Below, one piece after another: positions 21,272 through 29,453 of a DNA stretch of 64,000 nt (position 1 is the stretch's first letter; the number at the start of each line of letters is the position of its first letter). Source of the stretch: Lachnospiraceae bacterium (GTDB taxonomy: Bacteria; Bacillota; Clostridia; Lachnospirales; Lachnospiraceae). The position numbers were made by a program, and so were the translations under genes. The DNA lies in NCBI GenBank assembly GCA_024403275.1, contig JAKSSD010000006.1:821-64820 (forward strand), in the 5' to 3' direction. The notes beneath the pieces were generated by a model that ran no database searches, was not told the origin of the DNA, and was given only the letters and a program-made list of their open reading frames with translations.

Positions 21272-21801
21272 ATATAGCAAATAAACTTACACTTGGCAGA
21301 GCGATTGCAATTCCGTTTTTTATATTTTTTCTTATGACGGAATATGTGCCAGGAAGTAAATGGATTGCACTTGGATTATTTATAGTAGCATCATTTACAG
21401 ATTTCCTTGATGGTTATATTGCCAGAAAATATAACATGGTATCTAATTTTGGTAAATTTATGGACCCTCTTGCAGATAAGCTTTTGGTTTGTTCAGCGCT
21501 TATTGGCTTATTAGCTCTTGGTAAAATTAACGTATATCTTGTAATTATAATTATTGCCAGAGATTTTATTATTTCAGGCTTTAGACTTATTGCTTCTGAT
21601 AAGGGAGTTGTAATCGCGGCTAATATGCTCGGTAAGATTAAGACAACTTTGCAGATGGTTATGATTGGATTTATGATTGCTGATATTGCTTATATTAAGA
21701 TTGTATCGATTATTCTTGCATGGGCAGTGCTTATAATGACGCTTGTATCGTTAGTTGATTATATTTATAAGAACAGAAGTGTTTTGAAAGATACTAAATA
21801 G
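21268..21801 (+). CDS. pgsA: CDP-diacylglycerol--glycerol-3-phosphate 3-phosphatidyltransferase
   Basis: CDP-alcohol phosphatidyltransferase motif (DFLDGYIARK...G..MDPLADK) in a polytopic membrane protein. ATGA overlap with rimO. Confidence 0.9.
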   Translation: MNIANKLTLGRAIAIPFFIFFLMTEYVPGSKWIALGLFIVASFTDFLDGYIARKYNMVSNFGKFMDPLADKLLVCSALIGLLALGKINVYLVIIIIARDFIISGFRLIASDKGVVIAANMLGKIKTTLQMVMIGFMIADIAYIKIVSIILAWAVLIMTLVSLVDYIYKNRSVLKDTK

Positions 21802-21818
21802 TATATTGGAGAATTATT

Positions 21819-23024
21819 ATGGTTATAGAATATATTGCTGTAGGAACTGAACTTATTCTTGGTGACATTAGTAATACAAATAGCGCTTTTCTTGGTGAAC
21901 AATTTTCTAAAATAGGACTTAATTGTTATTACCATATAAATGTCGGAGATAATCGTGTAAGAATAGTAGAGTCTGTTGCACTTGCTGCTCAAAGAGCGGA
22001 TATTATTCTTTTATCTGGTGGTATTGGACCTACTGCTGATGATCTTACTATTGAGGCTATTTCTGATTATACAGGATTAGAAATGATTAAGAACGAAGAT
22101 GGTACTCAGAGCATAAAAGGGGCGATTCTTCTTAATAATGAGGTTGGAACTTCTCCAGGACAGATTGTAGAAGTAGATGATAAGAAAATTATTTTACTTC
22201 CAGGACAGCCTGCAGAACTTAAGTCTATGTTCTTAAATCATGTTGTTGATTATCTTGATAAATTAACAGATTCAACAATTATTACACGTACAGTTAAGCT
22301 TGTAGGTATTACTAAATCAGAGCTTGAGGAAAGGATAGCTGTTTTATTAACTGAGTATTCTAATCCTTCGATAGCTATTTGTACTAAGATTGGTGAAATT
22401 CATATTCATGTTACAGCAAAGGCATCTGATGAAAAAGAATGTGAAAGACTTATTAAACCAATTATCAAGGAACTGAAAACTTTAGTAGGTGAATATATAT
22501 TTACAACTGAGGATGATATTACGCTTGAACAGGCGGTTGTAGATTTACTTAAAGCTAATAATCTTACGGTTACTACTATTGAATCATGTACTGGTGGTAT
22601 GGTTTGCTCAAGACTTATCAATGTACCTGGTGTATCAGAGGTAATTAGAACAGGATATATTACATATTCAGATAAGGCTAAGCATCGTCATCTTGGCGTT
22701 AAGCGTTCTACATTGTCAAAATATACTGCAGTTTCTGCTCAGGTTTGCGAGGAAATGGCACAGGCACTTGCTCTTTTATCTAAAGCTGATGTTATCTGTT
22801 CAGTAACAGGAATGGCTGGTCCCGATGGTGGTACAGAAGAAATACCTGTAGGTACTGTATTTATTGGCTGTAATGTAAAAGGGAAAATAAAAGTCAACGA
22901 ATATCATTTTAAGGGTGACAGACAGGCAGTTAGAGAAGCTGCTACTACAGAAGCTATCAATCTTATGAGATTGTGTATCCTTAAGTATGTTAGCGAGACT
23001 ACATTTGGAATGAAGGAGAAATAA
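21819..23024 (+). CDS. cinA: competence/damage-inducible protein CinA (MoCF-type plus PncC-like deamidase domains)
   Basis: IAVGTELILGDISNTNSAFL N-terminus and C-terminal ESCTGGM motif; canonical position after pgsA. Confidence 0.9.
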   Translation: MVIEYIAVGTELILGDISNTNSAFLGEQFSKIGLNCYYHINVGDNRVRIVESVALAAQRADIILLSGGIGPTADDLTIEAISDYTGLEMIKNEDGTQSIKGAILLNNEVGTSPGQIVEVDDKKIILLPGQPAELKSMFLNHVVDYLDKLTDSTIITRTVKLVGITKSELEERIAVLLTEYSNPSIAICTKIGEIHIHVTAKASDEKECERLIKPIIKELKTLVGEYIFTTEDDITLEQAVVDLLKANNLTVTTIESCTGGMVCSRLINVPGVSEVIRTGYITYSDKAKHRHLGVKRSTLSKYTAVSAQVCEEMAQALALLSKADVICSVTGMAGPDGGTEEIPVGTVFIGCNVKGKIKVNEYHFKGDRQAVREAATTEAINLMRLCILKYVSETTFGMKEK

Positions 23025-23025
23025 T

Positions 23026-24450
23026 ATGAATTCTACACTTACTTTTTGTCCAAGGTGTGGAGCTGCTACTGAGCCTACAGTATGCAGTAATTGTGGTTAT
23101 ACCTTTCCAACGCTGGATTCTACTGAAACAAAAGAGGAAGAATTCCTTGTTGAACAAGAAGATAAAAGAGAAAATAAACATAATTTTGGCTGGATTATAG
23201 CAATCATACTCACAGTTCTTTTCCTATTGTTTTTATTGCTTGCTATTTTAGGCTTTGGAGGAATTGTTGGGTATTTGGTGTTTGCATCTAATAACGTAAA
23301 TCCATCTACTAATACTCCTAATATTGTTAATAATAGTACACTTCATTTTGGGGATGATGACGAAGAAGATGATGAAGATGAAGATGAAAATGAAAATGAA
23401 AATGAAAATGATGGCGATAAAGATAATGATATAGAGCCGGATGAAGATAATAATAAGGTTCATGATGATTCTATTAAATTTTCATCGGGAGTAAGTCCAT
23501 ATACAGATTTGATTGTTGAGTATGATTATGATGTACTTGAGGATTATCTTGCTTCAGGTAATGAATATTATGATGAAGTAGCTAATTTTAAAAATGATAT
23601 CTTCAAGCAGAAGAATTATTATTCATATATTGGTGCGACACATGATACATATGGAAGGGATAATTTCCCGACACCTTATTATGAGCCTATTCAGGATTCT
23701 ATTGAATATGCTAAAAATTATGATATCGAAAGACGTATTGTTAAATACGAATCTGATGTAAATGGCATTCTTGTTAATATGTATTGTGCTTATTATCAGA
23801 TTATTTCTGATGATGAAGATTTTTCTGAAGTAAATGATACATTACGCAATCAGTCTTTAATGTATGTAAATAATTTCATCAATGATTACAGTGCTAATTT
23901 AACTGATTATAGCTATGATATTTTCATAGATTCATTTGTTACTTATAATGACGAAGATATTGTTAGTGTTTTATACGATATAACATCATATAACGAGAGA
24001 AATGAACTTGATGAAATTCTTTTATTTAGTGTCAATGTAGATGTTAAAAACTGTGCAGTTATGGATAATACAAAAATTGTGAATATAGATAAAGATTTCG
24101 CAAACTTTTTTGTTGATCGTTGTACAGCCCAGATGGGTTCACATGTATATGTAAATAATTTATCGAATGAAGAAATTCAATATATGTTGACTAATGAAGA
24201 TACTCTTATTGTATACTTTAGCCCACTTGGACTTGAAATTGGATATCAGTATCTTTACCAGGGCAGTAAGGGCTGGATAACATGTACAATTAATGATTTT
24301 GATGAATATATAACTGATGAGTATGATTATGATACAAGTTTTGGATTAGGATATGATGTATTTGAATATGAAAAATCCTATGGTACTTATGAAGAACAAA
24401 ACGGAAAGATGAGTGATTATACTGAAATTGAATATGAGGATTCATTCTAA
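23026..24450 (+). CDS. zinc-ribbon / single-pass membrane protein with acidic linker and a large extracytoplasmic domain, function unknown
   Basis: N-terminal CPRCG...CSNCG zinc ribbon, TM helix (WIIAIILTVLFLLFLLLAILGFGG), D/E/N-rich low-complexity linker, then a roughly 330-aa Tyr/Asp-rich domain. AGGAG Shine-Dalgarno. Confidence 0.6.
   Translation: MNSTLTFCPRCGAATEPTVCSNCGYTFPTLDSTETKEEEFLVEQEDKRENKHNFGWIIAIILTVLFLLFLLLAILGFGGIVGYLVFASNNVNPSTNTPNIVNNSTLHFGDDDEEDDEDEDENENENENDGDKDNDIEPDEDNNKVHDDSIKFSSGVSPYTDLIVEYDYDVLEDYLASGNEYYDEVANFKNDIFKQKNYYSYIGATHDTYGRDNFPTPYYEPIQDSIEYAKNYDIERRIVKYESDVNGILVNMYCAYYQIISDDEDFSEVNDTLRNQSLMYVNNFINDYSANLTDYSYDIFIDSFVTYNDEDIVSVLYDITSYNERNELDEILLFSVNVDVKNCAVMDNTKIVNIDKDFANFFVDRCTAQMGSHVYVNNLSNEEIQYMLTNEDTLIVYFSPLGLEIGYQYLYQGSKGWITCTINDFDEYITDEYDYDTSFGLGYDVFEYEKSYGTYEEQNGKMSDYTEIEYEDSF
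23386..23409 (+). repeat. (GAAAAT)x4 in-frame hexanucleotide microsatellite
   Basis: Four perfect tandem GAAAAT units encode (EN)4, within a longer GAT/GAA-rich acidic tract (about 23353-23460). Confidence 0.9.
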
Positions 24451-24474
24451 TATATTTTAGAAAGGAGAAGCATT

Positions 24475-25092
24475 ATGAAGGGTAAAGAAAAGTGTAAAGC
24501 ATTAAAGGAAATCAGAAAAAAGATTGCAGACGAAAATGATATTCCATACGTGGTAGAAGAGTGTTCGCATAAAGGAGAATGCAAGGGTACTTGTCCAAAA
24601 TGCGAAGCTGAGCTTAGATACCTTGAAAGAGAACTTGAAAGAAAAGAAAAAATAGGCAAAAAACTTGCTGTTGTGGGTGTTTCTATGGGTATTGCAGCTT
24701 CTTTTGCGGGCTGTGATTTCGATGATGCAATGGAAGTTATTACATATCCAGGAGTTGTTGCTATTGAAACAGTTGAGAATATATTTGGCTTGAATCAACC
24801 AACATTAGAAGGAGATGTTCAGTATGTTGATGGTGATATGGGTTATATAGATGTTCCTGAACTTGAAGGAGAGCCAACATATCCAGATTATGAAATTGGT
24901 GGAGATGTTGATTATATAGATGTTCCTGAACTTGAAGGAGAGCCAACAATACCAGATTATGAAATTGATGGAGATGTTGATTATATAGATGATGGTACAG
25001 ATGGTTGTAAAGTTGAAGATGGAGATTTAGAAGAAGACAATACAGGCAATATAGAAGAAGATATAGAAGAAAATATTGATTTGGCTGAATAA
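24475..25092 (+). CDS. Cys-rich (C-x-H-x3-C-x3-C-x2-C) single-pass membrane protein with acidic tandem-repeat ectodomain, function unknown
   Basis: AAGGAGA Shine-Dalgarno. The N-terminus ...EECSHKGECKGTCPKCEAEL is followed by a charged helix, a TM helix (LAVVGVSMGIAASFAG) and an extremely acidic C-terminus carrying 23-aa repeats. Confidence 0.6.
   Translation: MKGKEKCKALKEIRKKIADENDIPYVVEECSHKGECKGTCPKCEAELRYLERELERKEKIGKKLAVVGVSMGIAASFAGCDFDDAMEVITYPGVVAIETVENIFGLNQPTLEGDVQYVDGDMGYIDVPELEGEPTYPDYEIGGDVDYIDVPELEGEPTIPDYEIDGDVDYIDDGTDGCKVEDGDLEEDNTGNIEEDIEENIDLAE
24841..24993 (+). repeat. 69-bp tandem repeat, about 2.2 copies, in-frame
   Basis: Copy 1 is 24841-24909, copy 2 is 24910-24978 (about 5 mismatches in 69 bp), and a partial copy 3 starts at 24979. 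Each copy encodes (G/D)YIDVPELEGEPT(Y/I)PDYEI(G/D)GDV. Confidence 0.9.
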
Positions 25093-25101
25093 GGATTATT
25101 A

Positions 25102-25791
25102 ATGGAAAGTACGATAGAAATAGCTAATATCGGCAGAATAAGAACAGATACAGACGGCGAGGGTGTTACAACCCTCGTTGTTTCTATGGGATGTCCTTTA
25201 AGATGCGCTTACTGCCTTAATCCTTTTACCTGGGATGGTACAAAAATAAAAACACTTAAGATGAGTGTTGATGAATTATATAATGAACTTAAAATAGATC
25301 ATTTGTATTTCATCTCGACAGGTGGTGGCATAGTATTTGGTGGCGGTGAACCACTTCTTAATTCTTCTTTTCTCAAAGAATTTATTTTAAAATACAAAAA
25401 CACAGGTTGGAAGTTTTCGTTAGAAACATCGCTAAATGTTAATAGAGAAAATCTAAATGATGTTCTTAATCTGGTGGATAAATATATAATTGATGTTAAA
25501 GACATGAACAAAGCCAGATATGAAGCTTATACAAAAGCTGATTATGATAGGTTTTATGAAAATCTAATATATTTAAAGGATAAAGTTGATCAGGATAAGA
25601 TTTTAATTAAGGTTCCAAAAATTTATGGCTTTCATAAAAATGATGAGTGGAAGGAAAGCATAAGAGTATTAAAGGAACTAGGCTTTAAGAATATAGCGCT
25701 ATTTGAATATATTGATGTTAGTAAACATAAACAAATATCAGATATGGCTATTAAGAACAGAGATGAATTTGTTGAAAAATATATAAATTAA
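25102..25791 (+). CDS. radical SAM enzyme of the glycyl-radical-enzyme-activase (PflA/NrdG-like) type
   Basis: DGEGVTTLVVSMGCPLRCAYCLNPFTWDG (CX3CX2C directly after a DGxG segment, as in PFL activase) and GGGEPLL SAM motif. 229 aa, with no SPASM or extra ferredoxin domain. Confidence 0.75.
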   Translation: MESTIEIANIGRIRTDTDGEGVTTLVVSMGCPLRCAYCLNPFTWDGTKIKTLKMSVDELYNELKIDHLYFISTGGGIVFGGGEPLLNSSFLKEFILKYKNTGWKFSLETSLNVNRENLNDVLNLVDKYIIDVKDMNKARYEAYTKADYDRFYENLIYLKDKVDQDKILIKVPKIYGFHKNDEWKESIRVLKELGFKNIALFEYIDVSKHKQISDMAIKNRDEFVEKYIN

Positions 25792-25928
25792 TGTTATTAT
25801 CAGTACATCCTTGTATCGAAGATAATCTACTTCGATTTTCCCCACATTGAAATAAATTGTGAATGGAGCTGATGTATTTGATTTGATGTTTTTTCTTTGT
25901 TTATTGTCAGAAATATTAATATATTTTA

Positions 25929-25957
25929 TTGACAAGAACAAATGTTTGGGTTAATAT
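25929..25957 (+). promoter_or_regulatory. recA promoter, TTGACA-17-TAATAT
   Basis: -35 TTGACA at 25929-25934, 17-nt spacer, -10 TAATAT at 25952-25957; 34 nt upstream of the recA ATG region. Confidence 0.7.
25935..25948 (+). promoter_or_regulatory. LexA (Cheo/DinR-type) operator 1, inside the recA promoter spacer
   Basis: AGAACAAATGTTTG matches the Firmicutes GAAC-N4-GTT(C/T) SOS box and sits between -35 and -10. Confidence 0.7.
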
Positions 25958-25963
25958 ATAAAC

Positions 25964-25977
25964 AGAACAAATGTTTG
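25964..25977 (+). promoter_or_regulatory. LexA operator 2, just downstream of the recA -10
   Basis: An identical 14-mer AGAACAAATGTTTG is repeated 29 bp downstream of operator 1, immediately before the GGAGG Shine-Dalgarno of recA. Confidence 0.7.
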
Positions 25978-25990
25978 AGTGGAGGTTTAA

Positions 25991-26992
25991 ATGGAAAGAG
26001 AAGATAAGTTAAAAGCACTTGAAGCTGCTTTAGGACAGATTGAGAAGCAATTTGGTAAGGGAGCCGTAATGAAACTCGGTGATCCTTCAAGTCAGATGAA
26101 TGTAGAAACAATTCCAACAGGATCTATTAGTCTTGATATTGCTCTTGGACTTGGTGGTATTCCAAAGGGAAGAATTGTAGAAATATATGGACCTGAATCA
26201 TCAGGTAAAACAACTGTAACTCTTCATATGATTGCTGAGGTACAGAAGAGAGGTGGCATTTGTGGATTTATTGATGCAGAACATGCCCTTGATCCAGCTT
26301 ATGCTAAGGCAATTGGTGTAGATGTAGATAATCTTTATATCTCTCAGCCAGATAATGGAGAACAGGCTCTTGAAATTACAGAAACTATGGTTAGATCAGG
26401 CGCCATTGATCTTGTTGTAGTTGACTCTGTTGCAGCATTAGTTCCTAAGGCTGAACTTGAAGGTGATATGGGTGATGCTCATGTAGGTCTTCAGGCTAGA
26501 CTTATGTCACAGGCTCTTAGAAAACTTACAGGTGCAATTGGTAAGACTAATTGTACAGTTGTATTTATTAACCAGCTTCGTGAGAAGGTTGGTGTATTCT
26601 ATGGTAATCCACAGGTTACTACAGGTGGTAATGCACTTAAGTTCTATTCTTCAGTTCGTATGGAGATTAGAAAGACAGATCAGATTAAGGTTAATGGCGA
26701 AATTGTTGGAAACAGAACTAAGGCTAAGATTGTTAAAAATAAGATTGCTCCTCCATTTAAGGAAGCAGAATTTGATATTATGTTTGGTGAAGGTATTTCT
26801 TATGTAGGAGATTTGCTTGACCTTGCAACAGAAGTTAATATTATTAATAAATCTGGCGCATGGTTTGCTTATGAAAGCAACAAGATTGGTCAGGGACGTG
26901 AGAATGCTAAGCAGTACCTTATTGATAATCCTGAAGTACTTGCTGAAGTTGAGAAGAAAGTTAGAGAGCATTACAATATTCAGGGAGAGTAA
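25991..26992 (+). CDS. recA: recombinase RecA
   Basis: [27 protein letters not shown] Walker [13 protein letters not shown] and [11 protein letters not shown] motifs. Confidence 0.97.
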   Translation: MEREDKLKALEAALGQIEKQFGKGAVMKLGDPSSQMNVETIPTGSISLDIALGLGGIPKGRIVEIYGPESSGKTTVTLHMIAEVQKRGGICGFIDAEHALDPAYAKAIGVDVDNLYISQPDNGEQALEITETMVRSGAIDLVVVDSVAALVPKAELEGDMGDAHVGLQARLMSQALRKLTGAIGKTNCTVVFINQLREKVGVFYGNPQVTTGGNALKFYSSVRMEIRKTDQIKVNGEIVGNRTKAKIVKNKIAPPFKEAEFDIMFGEGISYVGDLLDLATEVNIINKSGAWFAYESNKIGQGRENAKQYLIDNPEVLAEVEKKVREHYNIQGE

Positions 26993-27003
26993 TTATATAG
27001 GTT

Positions 27004-27612
27004 ATGGAAGTATTAGAGATTAATAACTTCAAAACCAGCAGAGTAAAAGTAATATTAGATAATGGAATCGCCTTTGTTTTATACAAAGGCGATTTAATTA
27101 AATATGGAGTTTCTGTTGGTGAAGTAGATGATAAAGATATTAATTACATTTTAGAAGAAATATTGCCTAAAAGAGCAATTAATAGGTCTGTTAATATATT
27201 AGCTGAGAGAGATATGACTAAAGGTATGCTAAGAGATAAATTGACAGGTGATGGTTATCCGGAATTTATAATAGATAATACAATAGATAAACTTGAAGCA
27301 AACAGACTTATTAATGATGAAAGATTTATTAGAGGATATATTGAAGCCAAAAGTAATAAAAAGAGTAAGAATGATATTATGCGTGACCTGTCTTCAAAAG
27401 GCGTTGATATGGATCAGGTAGAAAGTATATATGAAGAACTTAAAAGCAATGATTTATTGAAAGATGAGAAAGAATTAATAGTTGAAATTTTGAATAAAAA
27501 GCATTTTGTCTTTGATGAGGCCGATGTTATTCAGATTAATAAAATGGTACAGTATCTGGCACGTAAAGGCTTTGCTTATGACTCTATTCGTAGTGCAATG
27601 AAGGAGCAATAA
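27004..27612 (+). CDS. recX: RecA regulator RecX
   Basis: About 200-aa helical-repeat protein directly after recA, with RAINRSVNILAERDMTKGMLRDKL and LINDERFIRGYIE motifs. Confidence 0.85.
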   Translation: MEVLEINNFKTSRVKVILDNGIAFVLYKGDLIKYGVSVGEVDDKDINYILEEILPKRAINRSVNILAERDMTKGMLRDKLTGDGYPEFIIDNTIDKLEANRLINDERFIRGYIEAKSNKKSKNDIMRDLSSKGVDMDQVESIYEELKSNDLLKDEKELIVEILNKKHFVFDEADVIQINKMVQYLARKGFAYDSIRSAMKEQ

Positions 27613-27656
27613 TACTTTATTTAGTGGTTTTCAGTCTCTATGGTTTACAATAATTC

Positions 27657-27685
27657 TTGACATAGTATTGCAAACGATATATGAT
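27657..27685 (+). promoter_or_regulatory. rny promoter, TTGACA-17-TATGAT
   Basis: TTGACA at 27657-27662, 17-nt spacer, TATGAT at 27680-27685. Confidence 0.6.
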
Positions 27686-27767
27686 AGATATGTTGTAGTT
27701 TGATATATAGGGGATACCCTGTAAAAATATTGTACAATGATAACTTAATAAGGAGGTACGACTGTAA

Positions 27768-29333
27768 ATGTTTGGAACAATTCCCGTTTTTGTACTTGTT
27801 CTAGCCATTGTTGTTTCTGTTATAGTTGCAGCCGTAATTTCTTGTTTGATTACTTGCTTTGTTTACAAGAAAAGAAGCGATAAGAAGATTGGTAATGCTG
27901 AAGAAGAAGCTAGAAAGATATTAGATAAGGCTTTTGAAGCAGCTGAAGCTAAAAAACGTGAAGGTTTACTTGAAATCAAAGAAGAATCCATTCGTTATAA
28001 GAATGAGATTGAAAAGGAAAACAAGGAAAGACGAGCAGAATTGCAGCGTTCAGAGAGACGTATCCAGCAGAAAGAAGAGAGTGTCGATAAGAAACTCGAT
28101 CAGATCGAGAAGAGAGAACAGTCTCTTGCTGCAAAGGAAGATAATTTGGCTAAAGAAAAAGAAAACGTTGCTAAATTGAACGAGCAAAGATTACAGGAGC
28201 TTGAACGTATTTCAGGTTACACCTCTGAAGAAGCGAAAGAGTACTTATTAAAAATTGTTGAAGATGATGTAAAACATGAGAAGGCAGTCCGAATCAAAGA
28301 GATGGAAGCTCAGATTAAGGATGAAAGTTCTCAGAAAGCTAAGGAATGTGTTGTTAACGCTATTCAAAGATGTGCAGCTGATCATGTATCAGATGTAGCT
28401 ATCTCTGTAGTTAACCTGCCTAATGATGATATGAAAGGACGTATCATTGGTAGAGAGGGTAGAAATATTAGAACTCTCGAACAGATGACAGGTGTTGAAT
28501 TTATTATTGATGACACTCCAGAAGCTGTTGTATTATCTGGCTTTGATGCAGTTAGAAGAGAAGTTGCAAGAATTGCACTTGAAAAACTTATTCTTGATGG
28601 ACGTATTCATCCAGCCAAGATTGAAGAATCTGTAGAAAAAGCTCAGAAAGAAGTTGAGAATATTATGAAAGAAGAAGGAGAGAATGCTGCACTTGAAGCT
28701 GGTGTACATGGTGTTTCTCCAGAACTCATAAAGATTCTTGGTAAATTACATTTCCGAACAAGTTTCGGACAGAATGCACTTAAACATTCAATTGAAGTTG
28801 CGCATATTGCAGGCTTATTAGCTAGTGAAATAGGTGTTGATCCTAAGATGGCTAAGAGAGCTGGTCTTCTTCATGATGTAGGCAAGGCAGTTGATCATGA
28901 CCAGGAAGGTACACATGTTACACTTGGTACAGAACTTTGTAGAAAGTTCCATGAACCAGCTGTTGTTATTAATGCAGTTGAATCACATCATGGAGATGTA
29001 GAACCTACTTCACTTATTGCTCGTATTGTTCAGGCTGCTGATGCTATTTCAGCTGCAAGACCTGGTGCAAGAAGAGAAACATTAGGTGCTTATACTACAA
29101 GACTTACAGAACTCGAAGAGTTATCCAACAATTTTGAAGGTGTAGAAAAATCTTTTGCTATTCATGCAGGTAGAGAAATACGTGTTATGGTAATACCAGA
29201 GAAGATTTCAGATGATGATATGGTATTACTTGCTCATGACATTTCAAAGAAGATCGAGGATGAATTGAAATATCCTGGTCAGGTTAAAGTAAATGTTATT
29301 AGAGAAACAAGAGTAACTGATTACGCTAAGTAA
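27768..29333 (+). CDS. rny: ribonuclease Y
   Basis: N-terminal TM helix, coiled coil, KH ([12 protein letters not shown]) and HD domain ([13 protein letters not shown]...LLHDVGK). AGGAGG Shine-Dalgarno. Confidence 0.94.
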   Translation: MFGTIPVFVLVLAIVVSVIVAAVISCLITCFVYKKRSDKKIGNAEEEARKILDKAFEAAEAKKREGLLEIKEESIRYKNEIEKENKERRAELQRSERRIQQKEESVDKKLDQIEKREQSLAAKEDNLAKEKENVAKLNEQRLQELERISGYTSEEAKEYLLKIVEDDVKHEKAVRIKEMEAQIKDESSQKAKECVVNAIQRCAADHVSDVAISVVNLPNDDMKGRIIGREGRNIRTLEQMTGVEFIIDDTPEAVVLSGFDAVRREVARIALEKLILDGRIHPAKIEESVEKAQKEVENIMKEEGENAALEAGVHGVSPELIKILGKLHFRTSFGQNALKHSIEVAHIAGLLASEIGVDPKMAKRAGLLHDVGKAVDHDQEGTHVTLGTELCRKFHEPAVVINAVESHHGDVEPTSLIARIVQAADAISAARPGARRETLGAYTTRLTELEELSNNFEGVEKSFAIHAGREIRVMVIPEKISDDDMVLLAHDISKKIEDELKYPGQVKVNVIRETRVTDYAK

Positions 29334-29338
29334 TATTA

Positions 29339-29371
29339 ATCCCTTACGAATATATTTCGTAAGGGATTTTT
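29339..29371 (+). terminator. rho-independent terminator after rny
   Basis: ATCCCTTACGAA / TTCGTAAGGGAT perfect stem followed by TTTTT. Confidence 0.85.
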
Positions 29372-29393
29372 AATGTAAATTAATAGCTTTTTC

Positions 29394-29421
29394 TTGAAGA
29401 TTATTATAAATGGTATATAAT
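29394..29421 (+). promoter_or_regulatory. promoter TTGAAG-16-TATAAT
   Basis: TTGAAG at 29394-29399, TATAAT at 29416-29421; upstream of the aminotransferase gene. Confidence 0.5.
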
Positions 29422-29453
29422 AAAAATAATGTTTATATATAGAGGTTAATAAG

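Noticed and set aside
25102-25791. Radical SAM gene as a RiPP maturase acting on the upstream Cys-rich protein, or as a prokaryotic viperin
   Set aside because: It has no SPASM or auxiliary-cluster domain and no RiPP recognition element. The N-terminal pattern is activase-like rather than viperin-like. The upstream protein is a 205-aa membrane protein, not a short precursor peptide. It is kept only as an orphan-activase observation.
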